From Takakia lepidozioides (taxonomy: Eukaryota > Plantae > Bryophyta): 64,000 nt of DNA. The position numbers and the translations under genes are program-made. The notes below the pieces were generated by a model. It was not told the origin of the DNA and did not search any database. It saw nothing but the letters and a program-made list of their open reading frames with translations. How positions within the stretch are numbered: the stretch's first letter is position 1; the number at the start of each line of letters is the position of its first letter. Below are positions 60,815 through 64,000 of this stretch, in pieces. The stretch lies in the NCBI GenBank assembly GCA_030704615.1, contig CM060731.1, forward strand, positions 12,276,001 to 12,340,000, in the 5' to 3' direction.

Positions 60815-63800
60815 GGGAGTTTATGTCGCACGTGTGGGACACGGCGCACGGACGCTGGGTCGCCCTCCTCTGCCCTGCCCACCCCCACCTGTCAGCCGCG
60901 CACCGCGGTCGGCAGCCCCGCAGCCGCCCGCGGCCCTGCACGCACGCCGCCCAGCCCGCCCCCGGACCACGGCCCTGCCCAAAATCGGTCTGCCTGCTGC
61001 TGGGTCCGCTGGGTCTGCCGCCAAGCAGCCCGATCCGGCAGACCCAAACGCACCCCAGATGATGTGCCGCCATATCACCGTGATGCCGCGTTGCTATCGT
61101 AGCCGCCCGGATTTAGGGCATGGCAGCCGCCGCCAATCGTGGGCGAAGACTGTTTCATCGATCTTTTCCTCCCTCTGGTCTGTTCCTGCCAACGCGCTTC
61201 CGTCCTGCCAAGAACGTGCGTGTTGTCGTCCTTCGCTTCCACTTTTCCACGTCGTATTGCAGGTGCTTTCGAGTGCGCAAAGGGGCAGTGTATATGGCAG
61301 CGGCTGTCGATGCCCAACCAGAAAGCTTTCTTATACGTCCATTGTGACAATGTCTTCAAACACCAAATGATGGGCCATTTTCCTGCAAAGACCTTTACTG
61401 GAAGAACGAGAGTTGCTCTGGATACATGGGCTCTTAAGTGCGGGTCCGCATGGCCTGTATTCCCTGGCAGAGAGTGCCCGACTTTGTAATTGGAGAGGAG
61501 AGTAGAGACGGGTGTTCCACCCAATTTTACATAATGTGCATGCTAACGCGAAGCCCGGACCGCGAAGAGCTCCAAGAGCTAACACATATCTAACCTCTGT
61601 CATGTCTGCACCATATTCCCGCACACCCTCTTTGTTCATGCCCTGTGCTTGTGCTTGCCGGACATGTACATGCATCATATGTATATAGGGTTTAGGCTGT
61701 CTTACATGCTTGCAGAACTCCATGGGTGTCGATGACATACGACCCTGTCCAGGTATTAGTGTTGCTATGGACCAGAGGACAAGCGCACCAACAATTTGAC
61801 TGTCACGGATCCTAAAGTCAAGCGAGGAAGTCCGGACATTGGGGCTGGAAGCAGTAATCCTCACAAAGGTCCAAGACGAAAGAAAAGCCAATACGGCGAG
61901 TCTTACAAGCGTGGGTGTCTTCGTTGTTTCAAAGTCTCGCAATGTTATCTTGCTCCAGACATTGGGGTCATCACATATTATAACAACATGCAACACCTGG
62001 ATGTGTCCGGAAAACCCTCTCATGGCGGATATGCTGAGTTCCAGTTTAGCCGATATGCTATGCTCCACATATTAGCGAGGAGCTCAAAAAGTGGATCATG
62101 GAATGCTTGTCTCGAGGCTTGAGTGTCGCCCAAGTCATGATTGAACACAAGGAGCACGTCATGCAGAACAGTGGCTTGGGAGACGCATGGACACGCGACG
62201 ACTTTCTCCTCGAGCAAGATGTCCGAAATCTTGCTGAAAAATGAGCCTGACAGACCTTCAAAAAACACGCTGATGACGCACAATCCGTGTGTATGTGGAA
62301 AGATCAAAACCCGGACTTGGTCTTTTTCTACCAGGAGGAATCATTGGCACCCACATTTCAACATTTTGATGGAGATTTTACCTTCACCATTGGGATTCAG
62401 ACTCCTTGGCAACGGCAGAAGATGTTGGACTTGGGCCATGCGCGCATCGTAGCTTGCGACGCTACATTTGGAACTAACCATGCCATGGACCCTCTCCACG
62501 GGATTCTACTAGCATGATAGCATACTACATTGGTCTCCCACTCTTGTGGTGCATTGCTTATTCGTCCTCAATCCCAATAGACCTAACTGTTGTAGACCCT
62601 GTCCCAGTATACCCTGTTCCAGCAGACCTTCCACTGCACTCTGTTTTAGGGCAGACCCTTTTGCGTGTTCACCTTGTTACAGTAGACCCTGTGCGTGTTC
62701 ACCAAGTTGCAGTACACCATGTGCGTTTTCACCCTATTGCAATGGACCTTGTGCTAGTACACCCTATTAAAATAGGCCCTGTTGTAACGACACTCGTCTG
62801 CTAATGACAAATTGTCATTTCATGCAGTTCCCCTTGTACACGTTGATGATGTTCGACCAATGGTTGAACGGAATCCCGGTTGCATACATATTGTCAGCAT
62901 GCAATCGAACATCAGACCTTATCCCATGGATGCTAGCATTGCGTGATGTCCTCTTTCAGGAAAAGCCCACCTGTCGGCCAAATGCCTTCATTGTCGACGA
63001 CGCTGAAGCAGAAATCAATGCAATCCGGTATGCCACATCTCAATCTGCATTATGGTCTGCTATATGGTCCGCTGCAAGGTCTGCCCTATCTAGTCTCACG
63101 CTTGTGGCGGTACTGAATCCGGTATGCCACATCTCATTCTGCCCTATGGTCTGCCCTATGGTATGCCTTATGGTCCGCTCTAGGGTCTACTATTTGGTCT
63201 GCCCTGTTTGGTCTCATGTTTGTGGCAGTGCTGAATACGAATGCCCGGTTCAGGCACTTCTGACTTTGTGGCCGCATGCAAGTCTGTTTTCTTAGGAGTA
63301 TGCATTTTCCTTTGCCTTTGGCATGTACGGAAGGCCTGGGTCAAGCAATCATGCCAGAAAATCAGTGATCCGCGAACATCCTCGAAACTGTTGGCAGATA
63401 TGGACGACCTTATGTACTGCAGAGGTGGACCGCAGAAAGAAGACGAAGCTGTGAAATGGGTTAAGAAAAAATTGAAGGCAATGAAAAAGAAATATGTTGC
63501 TGGTCAGTTGATCCTCCACTACATTCATGTGTACTGGGTTCCCAAAATCGCTATGTGGTGTACGGCTGCCCGCAACATTCCACATGCAAGCCAAGATACT
63601 AATGCAAGCATCGAGGCATACCACGGAAACTTAAAGGCGAGACTTAATATGGGCAAAGGCAAAATGACCGGTCGAAGAGCCGATTGGCTCATATGGGAGT
63701 TGAGTGGGCATGTACTGGTCCACTACTGGTACGGCATTCATCTGAAGACGTATGGGTTTATTCGCAACGATAAACAAGAAAAACACATTTCCAGTGCAAT

Positions 63801-64000
63801 ATGTGCAGCCCGTGACATACCTCTTTCACGTGTGACTTTGCCTGCAGCCCTTATACACCATTGCTTGTCTGCGGTGCGTGTTTTCCGAGGGCAGATGCAG
63901 GACATCCTCGTCAAAAAAGCTTCCGGCATGTTATACCCAGCTGCAGCACGAGCGTTCAATCGTGTAAAAAACAACAACAACATGTCATTGAAGAGGAAAA
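60815..64000 (+). mobile_element. Mutator-like element (left part) with a degenerate plant MULE/SWIM-family transposase; runs off the window
   Basis: Abrupt GC-rich start GGGAGTTTATGTCGC at 60815. IPWQRVPDFVIGEE, SYKRGC, GIQTPWQ, ACDATFGTN (D1), FPLYTL.., FIVDDAEAE (D2), LCLWHVRKAW (CxxH), TNASIEAYH (E). Stops and frameshifts; introns with 30-bp and 12-bp minisatellites. Confidence 0.85.

Noticed and set aside
1-64000. tRNA/rRNA genes
   Set aside because: None recognised by eye; a covariance-model scan was not possible.

Overview
Eukaryotic, intron-containing land-plant DNA, probably from a non-seed plant (bryophyte, lycophyte or fern; this is an inference). Bases 1-39.7 kb are a nested transposon cluster: (1) a 5'-truncated chromodomain Ty3/gypsy element; (2) the 3' part of a Tat/Athila-like gypsy element with extra coiled-coil ORFs; (3) a Mutator-like transposase pseudogene (GCM/WRKY-type Zn finger, DDE, SWIM) split by a 13.4-kb CACTA-ended element with an ACC target duplication; (4) a 5.7-kb TIR element with an 8-bp TSD; (5) a degenerate Ty1/copia element. 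Bases 40.5-59.5 kb hold an apparently intact multi-exon kinesin-12 (POK-like) gene, and a second MULE-type transposase pseudogene runs off the right edge. The main hunt result is that scattered pieces reconstruct one unusual TIR transposon family. It pairs the GCM-DDE-SWIM transposase divergently with a spliced ParB/Srx + beta-class amino-DNA-methyltransferase-like gene. It also carries arrays of a 22-bp palindrome (GGAAATGCGGYRCCGCATTTCC) at helically phased spacing (mostly exactly 53 bp) whose half-site resembles the GCM binding motif, and a head-to-head pair of unknown beta-rich proteins. All domain calls are by eye; no searches were run.
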